From NCBI RefSeq assembly GCF_000023205.1, contig NC_012803.1, positions 690,001 through 722,000 on the forward strand: a stretch of 32,000 bases of DNA, in the 5' to 3' direction. Both the position numbers and the translations under genes were made by a program. Below are positions 15,671 to 23,473 of this stretch, piece by piece (position 1 is the stretch's first letter; each line of letters begins with the position of its first letter). The notes beneath the pieces are model-generated. The model was not told the origin of the DNA. It saw only the letters and a list, made by a program, of their open reading frames with translations, and did no database searches. This stretch comes from Micrococcus luteus NCTC 2665 (GTDB taxonomy: Bacteria > Actinomycetota > Actinomycetes > Actinomycetales > Micrococcaceae).

Positions 15671-17173
15671 ATGCGTGAAGAACCGAAGGTCGATCTGTTC
15701 CAGATCATCGAGCCGGGCAAGGACGAAGCCCGGGAGGCCAAGCGTGCGGCCCGGGAGCTGGAGCGAGGCCAGCGGGCGCTGCGGAAGGCGATGGCGGCGC
15801 AGGCTAAGGAGGTGCGGTTCCCTCAGCCGCAGTGGGGCAAGGCCGGACCGCGCGGGGCACGGCAGCTGCGGGGAATGCGCACGCTGGCCCCTCGGCCGGT
15901 CCGCACGACGACACACACGGTCTCGACCGCGTACCCGTTCGTGGCCGGCCCCGGTCTGGGTGCGCGCGGGCTGATGATCGGCAAGGACATGCACGGCGGC
16001 GGCGCGTTCTGCTTCGACCCGTGGGCGCTCTATGAAGCCGGGATCATCTCGGGCATGTCGATGATGCTGTTCGGGCAGGTCGGCACCGGGAAGTCGTCAC
16101 TGGCCAAGTCGCTGGCAGTGCGGCAGGTGCTGGCCGGCCGCAAGCTCTCGGTGGCCTCGGACAAGAAGGGCGAGTGGACCCGCGTGGTCAAGGGCCTGGG
16201 TGGATCGGTGATCCAGGTCGGCCCTGGCCTGGACACGCGCCTGAACCCGCTGGACCCGGGCACCCGGCCATCGACCGACGTGCAGGGCGAGCCGATGACC
16301 GACCGGGCGTGGGCCTCAATGGTGCGGACCCGGCGCATGTCCATCTTGGTGGCCCTGGTGAAGATCCTCACCGACCGGGACATGACCTCGCCCGAGCACC
16401 ACGTGCTCTCTGCGGGCCTGGACGCGGCCGTGGCGGTCGCAGACGCCGAGGACCGGCCGCCGATCATCCCAGACGTGATCCGGGCGCTGGACGAGGCCCG
16501 CACGGACCCGGACGCGATGAAGGCGCAGGCCGCGTCGGTGACGATGATGACGCTGGGCCGCGTGTCCTCCGGCGACCTGGCCGGCATGTTCGACGGGGAG
16601 ACCACGGTCGTCCTGGATGAGCAGGCGTGCGCGACGAGCATCGACACCTCCGCGTTGCTGGGTGCCTCCCCGGAGGCGGTGCGCGTGGTCAACGCGTGCG
16701 CGGGCGCATGGACCGAAGCGATGGTCACCACCCGCGATGGCGGGCAGCGGATCGTGATCTACGAAGAGGGCTGGGACAACATCAGCTCCGAGGCCGACCT
16801 GCGGCGCATGGTCGAGCAGTGGAAGCTCAGCCGCGCGTACGGCATCTTCAACGTGCTCGTGCTGCACAAGATCGCTGACCTGGACATGGCTGGTGATCAG
16901 AACTCGAAGATGGCCGCGATGGCCCGGTCCCTGCTGGCCGACGCGGACGTGAAGGTGATCTACCGGCAGGACCGGTCCGCGCTGAAGATCACGACGTCGG
17001 AGATGGAACTGTCCGACCGGGAGCGGTCCCTGGTGCGGTCCCTGCCCAAGGGCACGGGCCTGTGGCTGCTGGGGGATTCCTCGTTCGAGGTGCAGAACGT
17101 GCTCACGCGGGCCGAGCTGCCGCTGTTCGACACGGACGAGCGCATGGACAAGGCGAAGGAGGCGGTGGCCTGA
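15671..17173 (+). CDS. VirB4-like conjugative T4SS ATPase
   Basis: Walker A FGQVGTGKSSLAKS. The later IVIYEEGWD is Walker B-like. 500 aa, immediately before the coupling protein. Its ATG lies within the right-hand copy of the IS256 TSD. Confidence 0.75.
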   Translation: MREEPKVDLFQIIEPGKDEAREAKRAARELERGQRALRKAMAAQAKEVRFPQPQWGKAGPRGARQLRGMRTLAPRPVRTTTHTVSTAYPFVAGPGLGARGLMIGKDMHGGGAFCFDPWALYEAGIISGMSMMLFGQVGTGKSSLAKSLAVRQVLAGRKLSVASDKKGEWTRVVKGLGGSVIQVGPGLDTRLNPLDPGTRPSTDVQGEPMTDRAWASMVRTRRMSILVALVKILTDRDMTSPEHHVLSAGLDAAVAVADAEDRPPIIPDVIRALDEARTDPDAMKAQAASVTMMTLGRVSSGDLAGMFDGETTVVLDEQACATSIDTSALLGASPEAVRVVNACAGAWTEAMVTTRDGGQRIVIYEEGWDNISSEADLRRMVEQWKLSRAYGIFNVLVLHKIADLDMAGDQNSKMAAMARSLLADADVKVIYRQDRSALKITTSEMELSDRERSLVRSLPKGTGLWLLGDSSFEVQNVLTRAELPLFDTDERMDKAKEAVA

Positions 17174-19077
17174 TGCGACGCGAACGTGGCAACAACTCGG
17201 TCCTGGAAGGGGACAACCCGGCCGAGACGGCACTGATCTGGCTCATGGGGCCGGCGGTGCTGCTCTACGGGGCGTACCTGCTGGCCGGGTTCCTGGCCGG
17301 GCGTATCCACTGTGGAGCGCCGACGAAGCCGGACTCGCTGTTCGCGCCGCTGGGCTTCCTCGTGGGCGAGCACGACCCGGCCGCGTTCGGGGCCACCGCG
17401 CAGGGATGCATGGCGACCACCGGCGGGGTCATCGGCTGGCTGATCGGTCTGGGGGTGCTGGCCCTCGTGCTGATCGGCGTGGCGGTGACGGCGTGGAGCC
17501 GGTACCAGCAGTCGGACAAGAAGTTCATCAAGGAGCTGCGCGAGCGCGAGGGCCTGGCCCGGTCTGCGGAGATCACCAAGACGGTGGGCCGCAAGTCGGT
17601 GCTGTCCCGGGTGAAGAAGGTGCGGCCCTCGATCAAGAAGCCGGCCATCACGGACGGGGCCATGCGTCTGGGCAAGGCCGAGGGCGTGGACGTGTTCGCG
17701 TCCTACGAGGAGTCGGTGGTGCTGATCGGCCCGCCGCGCTCGGGCAAGGGCGTGCACCTGCTGATCGGTGCGATTCTCGACGCACCCGGCCCGGTCATCA
17801 CGACCAGCTCTCGCGCGGACAACCTGGGGGCCACGGCCGAGCTGCGCAAGGCCAAGGGGCCGGTGGCCCTGTTCGACCCGCAGGGGCTGACCGGTCAGCC
17901 CTCCACGCTGAAGTGGTCCCCGATCACGGGCTGTGAGGAGCCGCGCGTGGCGAATCAGCGGGCGGCGTCGCTAATCGGTGCCTCCGGCCTGGGGTCCTCC
18001 AGCTCGAACGCGGAGTGGCAGGCCCCGGCGATCACGATCATGGAGTGCCTGCTGCACGCCGCGGCGCTGGGTGAGCGCACCGTGGATGATCTGATGCGGT
18101 GGGGCAACAACCCGGCCGAGGCCAAGGAGGCCGTGAAGATCCTCACCGAGCACCCCAAGGCAGCGCTGAACTGGAACCTGGTGCTCAAGGGCATCATCGA
18201 GGGCGACCCGAAGCTGCTCCAGTCCAAGTGGTTCGGCGTGGAGGGCGCGGTCAAGGGCCTGTCGGTGCCCGAGGTCCGCGACGTGCTGCGACCCAACCGG
18301 TTCGAGGAGACCCTGGACATCGACAAGTTCCTCACCGAGTGCGGGACGCTCTACATCGTGGGCACCAAGACCGGTGGCTCGTCGGCGGGGCCGTTCCTGA
18401 TCGCGATGATGGACGCCCTCACCGAGCGTGCCCGTGAGCTGGCGGCGAAGTCGCCCGGGAACCGGCTGGACCCGCCGCTGTCCCTGGTGCTCGATGAGAT
18501 CGCGAACATCTCCGGTGCCTGGCCGGGCCTGACCCAGCTCATGGCGGACGGCGGCGGCGTGGGCATCTCTCCGTTCGCGGTGTTCCAGTCGATGGCCCAG
18601 GCCCGCAACGAGTGGGGCGAGCAGCAGGCCCAGGCGCTGTTCGACGCGGCCACGGTGAAGGTCCAGCTCGGGGGTGCCTCGAACGTGTCCGACCTGGAGC
18701 AGTTCGCCAAGCTGGCCGGTCAGCGCAAGATCATGCGGACCTCGAAGTCTCGCGGCAAGGACAACACCTCGGTCTCCGAGCAGATCCACGACACCGAAGT
18801 GGTCTCGGTCGCGGAGCTGCGTCGGCTGCCGTTCGGGTGGGGGATCCTGCTGAATCGCAACGGCCGGCCGATCCTGATGCAGATGACCCGCTGGTGGGAC
18901 CGCAAGGACGGCAAGCAGATCAAGGAGGCCGCGGGGCGGTACTCGAAGGCGCTGCTGGCCGAGCTGGAGTCCAAGGACCCGGCTCCCTCGACACCGACCG
19001 ACGCGGACCGGGCCGAGGACTCCGTGGCGGCGTTGGACCCGGTGCCGGAGACGGCCCCGGCGATCCCGGTGCGGTGA
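17173..19077 (+). CDS. Type IV coupling protein, TraG/VirD4/TraD family
   Basis: Two N-terminal TM helices. Walker A LIGPPRSGKGVHL. LVLDEIANI is Walker B-like. 634 aa from ATG 17173, which overlaps the VirB4-like stop (TGATG). The ORF-track start 17062 is inside the upstream gene. Confidence 0.8.
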   Translation: MRRERGNNSVLEGDNPAETALIWLMGPAVLLYGAYLLAGFLAGRIHCGAPTKPDSLFAPLGFLVGEHDPAAFGATAQGCMATTGGVIGWLIGLGVLALVLIGVAVTAWSRYQQSDKKFIKELREREGLARSAEITKTVGRKSVLSRVKKVRPSIKKPAITDGAMRLGKAEGVDVFASYEESVVLIGPPRSGKGVHLLIGAILDAPGPVITTSSRADNLGATAELRKAKGPVALFDPQGLTGQPSTLKWSPITGCEEPRVANQRAASLIGASGLGSSSSNAEWQAPAITIMECLLHAAALGERTVDDLMRWGNNPAEAKEAVKILTEHPKAALNWNLVLKGIIEGDPKLLQSKWFGVEGAVKGLSVPEVRDVLRPNRFEETLDIDKFLTECGTLYIVGTKTGGSSAGPFLIAMMDALTERARELAAKSPGNRLDPPLSLVLDEIANISGAWPGLTQLMADGGGVGISPFAVFQSMAQARNEWGEQQAQALFDAATVKVQLGGASNVSDLEQFAKLAGQRKIMRTSKSRGKDNTSVSEQIHDTEVVSVAELRRLPFGWGILLNRNGRPILMQMTRWWDRKDGKQIKEAAGRYSKALLAELESKDPAPSTPTDADRAEDSVAALDPVPETAPAIPVR

Positions 19078-19081
19078 GGGC

Positions 19082-19462
19082 ATGGGCAGGTTCGGGCTGC
19101 ACCGCACCGGCTCGGCCGAGTACAAGCGGTACCTGCGGTCCCAGGCGTGGGGGTACAGGCGGGCGCGGTGGTTCGCGGACTGCCGGCAGGCCGGCCAAGA
19201 GCCGGCCTGCCAGGTCTGCGGGATCACGCTGACCCAGGCCGGGACCCTGGACCTACACCGCGTCTCGTACAAGGGCGTGGGCCAGGATGTGGAGGGCCGG
19301 TGGCAGGCCCGTGAAGCGCACAACGACCTGATGCCGTTGTGCCGGGACCATCACCAGCGGCTGCATCAGATCATGGACGGCACGAAGGAGTTCTTTGGAT
19401 GGGACCGCAGGCGGGCCACGGTCGTGATCGTGGCCAGGATGATCCGGCAGAGTCAGGCATGA
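19082..19462 (+). CDS. HNH-nuclease-like zinc-binding protein
   Basis: CQVCG...LDLHRVSY...HNDLMPLCRDHHQRLH matches the C-x2-C / H-N-H arrangement of HNH endonuclease folds. 126 aa. Confidence 0.5.
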   Translation: MGRFGLHRTGSAEYKRYLRSQAWGYRRARWFADCRQAGQEPACQVCGITLTQAGTLDLHRVSYKGVGQDVEGRWQAREAHNDLMPLCRDHHQRLHQIMDGTKEFFGWDRRRATVVIVARMIRQSQA

Positions 19463-19731
19463 GCACGGACGGGGGTGCACGGTGCCATGTCTGCCAGCGG
19501 ACCGTCTCCACGAGGTGGCACTGCACGGATGGACGGCACCTGGACCGCGCCGAGTGTCGTGCCGCCGGCGGAATCGGGGTGTGGTTGTGCGGGACGTGCG
19601 AGGACGCCGCACATCGCTACATGCGCTCGACCGGGGCAGGCGGGCGCGAGGCCGTTGAGGAGCTGTTCGCCCGGCTCGAGCGGCTGTTGGGCGGGCCAGC
19701 GCGTCGGTACACGAGGGAAGGACGGAACTGA
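19459..19731 (+). CDS. Small Cys-rich (zinc-ribbon-like) protein
   Basis: ATG 19459 overlaps the upstream stop (ATGA). CHVCQ...HCTDG...LCGTCEDAAH gives two CxxC pairs. 90 aa. Confidence 0.45.
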   Translation: MSTDGGARCHVCQRTVSTRWHCTDGRHLDRAECRAAGGIGVWLCGTCEDAAHRYMRSTGAGGREAVEELFARLERLLGGPARRYTREGRN

Positions 19732-20579
19732 TGGCATCGCCCTGGGTTGAAGACGAGGAGCCCACGGACTGGGAGGGGCCGGCGGCCGCCGATGACGACG
19801 GACAGACGGGGACTCCGCTGCCCTACGTCGACCCGGAGGTCGCCGCGGAACTCGCGGGCGAGGGTCCGCCGGTGTGGATGGGCACGCGGTGGCGGGAGAT
19901 CGAGGCAGAGCACCAGTGGGAGGCGTGGAACACGCTGCGTCGCTGGGTGGACTGGTTCGTAGCCGAGTACCGGCTGGTGACCTCGGTGGTGCCGCCGTGC
20001 TGGTACAAGCACTCGGACCTGACGGCCGAGCTGTATGCGGCGATGTGCATGGAGTACAAGGTTTGGGAGGAACAGGCTCCGGGGCTGGGCCCGATGATGA
20101 TGTGGCACCCGCATGTGGAGATGCTCACCGCGCGTCTGCGCCGCATGGTGGATGAGGCCGGCTGCGCGAAGATCGGGAGGCACAAGGAGCCCGAGGCATA
20201 CGGAGACCGGCCAGCGTTCACGCTGGACTACGACGAGGACGACTTCACGGCCTGGGCTGGTACCACCCGTGAACAGGACACCCTCGAACGACCCACGACG
20301 GGCGTGCAATACGTGCGGGCACGTGTGGTGGACGGCGACGGCGGGCAGGTCGCGGTGTCGAACCCGGTGGGGCTGGCCGCCTCCCGGCAGCCTGAAGACG
20401 TGGCCGTGGTGCTGGAGATGTCCTCGTCTACGCCGTCGGCTCCACGGCTGGCGGTATCCGTGGCTGATAGCCGGGACGACCTCAGTGTGGAGTGGGAGAG
20501 CTCCCCGGACGGGCACATCTGGGGCACCCTGGGAGATGAGCAACAGCCGGAGGACTCGAGCGAGGAGGAACGACGATGA
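19731..20579 (+). CDS. DUF4913-like protein (typically found next to actinobacterial TraG-like coupling proteins)
   Basis: Acidic N-terminus, then WEAWNTLRRWVDWFVAEYRLVTSVVPPCWYKHSDLTAELYAAMCMEYKVW, the conserved core I associate with DUF4913. The start overlaps the upstream stop. Confidence 0.55.
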   Translation: MASPWVEDEEPTDWEGPAAADDDGQTGTPLPYVDPEVAAELAGEGPPVWMGTRWREIEAEHQWEAWNTLRRWVDWFVAEYRLVTSVVPPCWYKHSDLTAELYAAMCMEYKVWEEQAPGLGPMMMWHPHVEMLTARLRRMVDEAGCAKIGRHKEPEAYGDRPAFTLDYDEDDFTAWAGTTREQDTLERPTTGVQYVRARVVDGDGGQVAVSNPVGLAASRQPEDVAVVLEMSSSTPSAPRLAVSVADSRDDLSVEWESSPDGHIWGTLGDEQQPEDSSEEERR

Positions 20580-20953
20580 ACTGGGTTCGCGGCACCGGTA
20601 GCCCGTGGAACATGCACTGGGTCCAGCAAATGGACAGGCAGGAGTGGGACCTCTATGAGGACGACCGCACCGGCGCAGTGTGGGTGGAGCGGGAGTACGG
20701 CACCGTGCTGGCCATGCTCAGCGACGGTGGCTGGCGGATGACGAAGAACGGGGCGCCGTACCGGTCCCGGTACCGCGTATTCGAGTTGGTCGGAACAGAT
20801 GTTATCGAGCGCACGGATGTGTTGTTCTCGGGGCTGGCCCATGGTGGGCACTTCGATGAGCGCCAGGAGGGTGCTGGGCGGTATCAGGCCGTGCGTCGGG
20901 AATGCGTCGAAGCAATCGAACGGAAGCTCCAGGTCGCTGTGACGCAGAGCTGA
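20576..20953 (+). CDS. Hypothetical protein, last gene of the transfer operon
   Basis: 125-aa ORF coupled by an ATGA overlap to the DUF4913-like gene and followed by a strong hairpin. No domain recognised. Confidence 0.45.
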   Translation: MNWVRGTGSPWNMHWVQQMDRQEWDLYEDDRTGAVWVEREYGTVLAMLSDGGWRMTKNGAPYRSRYRVFELVGTDVIERTDVLFSGLAHGGHFDERQEGAGRYQAVRRECVEAIERKLQVAVTQS

Positions 20954-20974
20954 CTACAGGAGCACCATGACGGA

Positions 20975-21007
20975 GCGGCCCCGATACCGGTGAGGTATCG
21001 GGGCCGC
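20975..21007 (+). terminator. Perfect 14-bp stem / 5-nt loop hairpin (gcggccccgatacc ggtga ggtatcggggccgc) ending the transfer operon
   Basis: Read directly from the sequence. No T tract follows, which is common for high-GC actinobacterial terminators. Confidence 0.6.
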
Positions 21008-21278
21008 GGGCTTCTCGGTCTGACGTAGGAGATCCAGTCAGGACGGCCAGCCTGTGATGCCTTCGAATAGTTGGCTCAGGCTGAGGCTGGCCGTCGTGTT
21101 GGGGTCAGTCAGTGCGATTGGTGGCGCGACGATGCCGTGCGGTCTCGAAGATCACGTGCAGGATCGAGGCAACCAGAATCAGAGCAAGTGCAAACCACGT
21201 CCACCCGTCCAGGCTGAAGCGCCCTGGGTTTCGTTCCGGCCTCAGGATGCAACCGGCGGTGAGTCTTGCTGCTAGGGC

Positions 21279-21713
21279 GTGTTGCTAAAGGGTTCGGGGA
21301 CGTGGATGCGCGAGTCTGGGGTCATGTCGCGTGATGTCATCTCGGACGAGGTCTGGGCCGTGATCGGCCCGCTGTTCCCTGCCCCGAAGTCCACCGGTCG
21401 GCCCCCGGTGGATCGGCGCGCGGTGGTCGAGGCCACCGCGTGGCGCTTCCGCACCGGAGCTCCGTGGCGGGATCTGCCCGAGCGGTTCGGGAACTGGAAC
21501 ACGATCTACAAGAACTTCAACCGGTGGGCCGCCCAGGGTGTGTGGGAGCGCGTGCTCGAGCGCACTCAGTCGATGGCACAGCAGGCTGGCGAGCTGGATT
21601 GGGTGGCCTCGATCGATTCCACGATCGTGCGCGTCCATCAGCACGGGGCGACCCTGCCCCGCCCCACAGGGGGCCTGGATGAACTACAAGAAATCCGGGG
21701 ACGAGCCGGCTGA
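21279..21713 (+). CDS. IS5-family transposase orfA (copy 1)
   Basis: MSRDVISDEVWAVIGPLFP...GRPPVDRRAVVEATAWRFRTGAPWRDLPERFGNWNTIYKNFNRWAAQGVWERV is the DUF4096/HTH N-terminal part of IS5/IS427-type transposases. Confidence 0.8.
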   Translation: MLLKGSGTWMRESGVMSRDVISDEVWAVIGPLFPAPKSTGRPPVDRRAVVEATAWRFRTGAPWRDLPERFGNWNTIYKNFNRWAAQGVWERVLERTQSMAQQAGELDWVASIDSTIVRVHQHGATLPRPTGGLDELQEIRGRAG

Positions 21714-22204
21714 TCATGCCATCGGACGCTCCCGCGGCGGTCTGACGACGAAGTCTCATCTGGTCTGTGATGGCAAGGGCAGGGTGCTGGCGTTCGTGGT
21801 GACCGGCGGGCAGGTGGCTTCACACCTCGATGCTGGCCACCACGCTGGAGCTGATCAGCGTGGCCGGGGCCCGTGGGCGGCCCAGGGCGCGGCCTGACCG
21901 CCTGATTGCAGACAAGGGCTACCCCTCGAAGGCGAACCGGGCCTGGCTGCGCCGGCATGGCATCGCGGCCACGATCCCCGAGCGGGCCGATCAGATCACG
22001 CACCGGCGCAGACGCCCGGGCCGGCCGATCGACTTCGGTGAAGACCAGCGCCAGCGCTACCGGGGACGCAATGTCGTGGAGCGGTGCTTCAACCGGCTCA
22101 AACAGTGGCGAGGAATCGCGATGCGCTCGGACAAGTACGCCCGGAACTATCACGCCGGGCTCAGCCTCGCAGCGACACTGCACTGGCTGACTACCCTCCT
22201 TTAG
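21679..22204 (+). pseudogene. IS5-family transposase orfB (copy 1), frameshifted
   Basis: The DDE part is split between frames. Frame 1 reads MNYKKSGDEPADHAIGRSRGGLTTKSHLVCDGKGRVLAFVVTGGQVA, then junk. The 21830-22204 frame resumes MLATTLELISVAGARGRP...RYRGRNVVERCFNRLKQWRGIAMRSDKYARNY. Confidence 0.75.
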
Positions 22205-22220
22205 CAACACGCCCTAGGGC

Positions 22221-22655
22221 GTGTTGCTAAAGGGTTCGGGGACGTGGATGCGCGAGTCTGGGGTCATGTCGCGTGATGTCATCTCGGACGAGGTCTGGGC
22301 CGTGATCGGCCCACTGTTCCCCGAAGCCAAGACCACCGGGCGTCCGCCCGTGGATCGGCGCGCGGTGGTCGAGGCCACCGCGTGGCGCTTCCGCACCGGG
22401 GCGCCGTGGCGGGATCTGCCCGAGCGGTTCGGGAACTGGAACACGATCTACAAGAACTTCAACCGGTGGGCCGCCCAGGGCGTGTGGGAGCGGGTGCTGG
22501 AGAAGACCCAGTCCATGGCACAGCAGGCTGGCGAGCTGGACTGGGTGGCCTCGATCGATTCCACGATCGTGCGCGTCCACCAGCACGGGGCGACCCTGCC
22601 CCGCCCCACAGGGGGCCTGGATGAACTACAAGAAATCCGGGGACGAGCCGGCTGA
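22221..22655 (+). CDS. IS5-family transposase orfA (copy 2)
   Basis: 144 aa, close paralogue of the copy 1 orfA with scattered substitutions. Confidence 0.85.
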   Translation: MLLKGSGTWMRESGVMSRDVISDEVWAVIGPLFPEAKTTGRPPVDRRAVVEATAWRFRTGAPWRDLPERFGNWNTIYKNFNRWAAQGVWERVLEKTQSMAQQAGELDWVASIDSTIVRVHQHGATLPRPTGGLDELQEIRGRAG

Positions 22656-23145
22656 TCATGCCATCGGACGCTCCCGCGGCGGTCTGACGACGAAGTCTCA
22701 TCTGGTCTGTGATGGCAAGGGCAGGGTGCTGGCGTTCGTGGTGACCGGCGGCCAGGTCGCGGACACCTCGATGCTGGCCACCACGATGGAGCAGATCAGC
22801 GTTGCCGGGGCCCGTGGGCGGCCCCGGATACGGCCTGACCGCCTGATTGCGGACAAGGGCTACCCCTCGAAGGCGAACCGGGCTTGGCTGCGCCGGCATG
22901 GCATCGCGGCCACGATCCCCGAGCGGGCCGATCAGATCGCGCACCGGCGCCGCCGCCCAGGAAGACCGATCGACTTCGGTGAAGACCAGCGCCAGCGCTA
23001 CCGGGGACGCAATGTCGTGGAGCGGTGCTTCAACCGGCTCAAACAGTGGCGAGGGATCGCGATGCGTTCGGACAAGTACGCCCGGAACTATCACGCCGGG
23101 CTCAGCCTCGCAGCGACACTGCACTGGCTGACTACCCTACTTTAG
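22621..23145 (+). CDS. IS5-family transposase orfB / DDE domain (copy 2), presumably expressed as an orfA-orfB fusion by recoding
   Basis: HAIGRSRGGLTTKSHLVCDGKGRVLAFVVTGGQVADTSM...LIADKGYPSKANRAWLRRHGIAATIPER...RYRGRNVVERCFNRLKQWRGIAMRSDKYARNY. The frame is open far upstream of the ATG and overlaps the orfA end. It is in the +1 frame relative to orfA (400-nt offset). Confidence 0.85.
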   Translation: MNYKKSGDEPADHAIGRSRGGLTTKSHLVCDGKGRVLAFVVTGGQVADTSMLATTMEQISVAGARGRPRIRPDRLIADKGYPSKANRAWLRRHGIAATIPERADQIAHRRRRPGRPIDFGEDQRQRYRGRNVVERCFNRLKQWRGIAMRSDKYARNYHAGLSLAATLHWLTTLL

Positions 23146-23186
23146 CAACACGCCCTAGTGGCGGCCGGCCGCCGCGCACCGACCCA

Positions 23187-23279
23187 GCCCGGTACGACAA
23201 ACTCGCCTCGACCTACCGCGCCGCGGTGCTCCTACGCGCGATCCTGATCTGGCTCTCTACCCTGGCCCAGGTGTCGTAG
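23187..23279 (+). pseudogene. 3'-terminal remnant of a different IS5-family transposase gene
   Basis: It encodes ARYDKLASTYRAAVLLRAILIWLSTL followed by a stop. This resembles the conserved C-terminus of IS5-family transposases (compare RSDKYARNYHAGLSLAATLHWL in the adjacent copies). Nothing transposase-like lies upstream of it. Confidence 0.4.
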
Positions 23280-23289
23280 ACGCGGCACC

Positions 23290-23311
23290 GGGGGGGGGGG
23301 GGGGGGGGGGG
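23290..23311. repeat. Homopolymeric tract of 22 consecutive G
   Basis: Counted directly: g at 23290 followed by 21 more. Confidence 0.95.
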
Positions 23312-23473
23312 CAGTGCGCTCATGCCGAGAGCCGGATGCCTGGCGAACACGTTCAGTGCGCACCGATTCCTCCCACACGCCAAGCTGGGCCCGCACCAGT
23401 AGTATTTGTCCATGGATCTATCACGCAAGATGGGACTGCCCCCACTTTGGTTGACACGTATGGGTTGGGGTGT

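Larger units (their letters stand above)
21275..22214 (+). mobile_element. IS5-family (IS427-group-like) element, copy 1 (940 bp), probably defective
   Basis: Perfect 16-bp terminal IRs, gggcgtgttgctaaag / ctttagcaacacgccc, flanked by TA. It is 1 bp longer than copy 2, and the extra base sits in a diverged patch at about 21809-21823 that breaks orfB. Confidence 0.85.
22217..23155 (+). mobile_element. IS5-family (IS427-group-like) element, copy 2 (939 bp), apparently intact, head-to-tail with copy 1
   Basis: It has the same 16-bp IRs. It is separated from copy 1 by a single TA (22215-22216), with TA on its right flank too (23156-23157). Confidence 0.85.

Noticed and set aside
21107-21271. Small hydrophobic minus-strand ORF as a feature
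   Set aside because: It has no in-frame start codon before the IS5 junction and fewer than 60 codons. It is mentioned only within a finding.
23213-23428. 71-aa minus-strand ORF containing a PPPPPPP run
   Set aside because: The poly-Pro is just the translation of the poly-G tract. There is no RBS and no gene-like composition.
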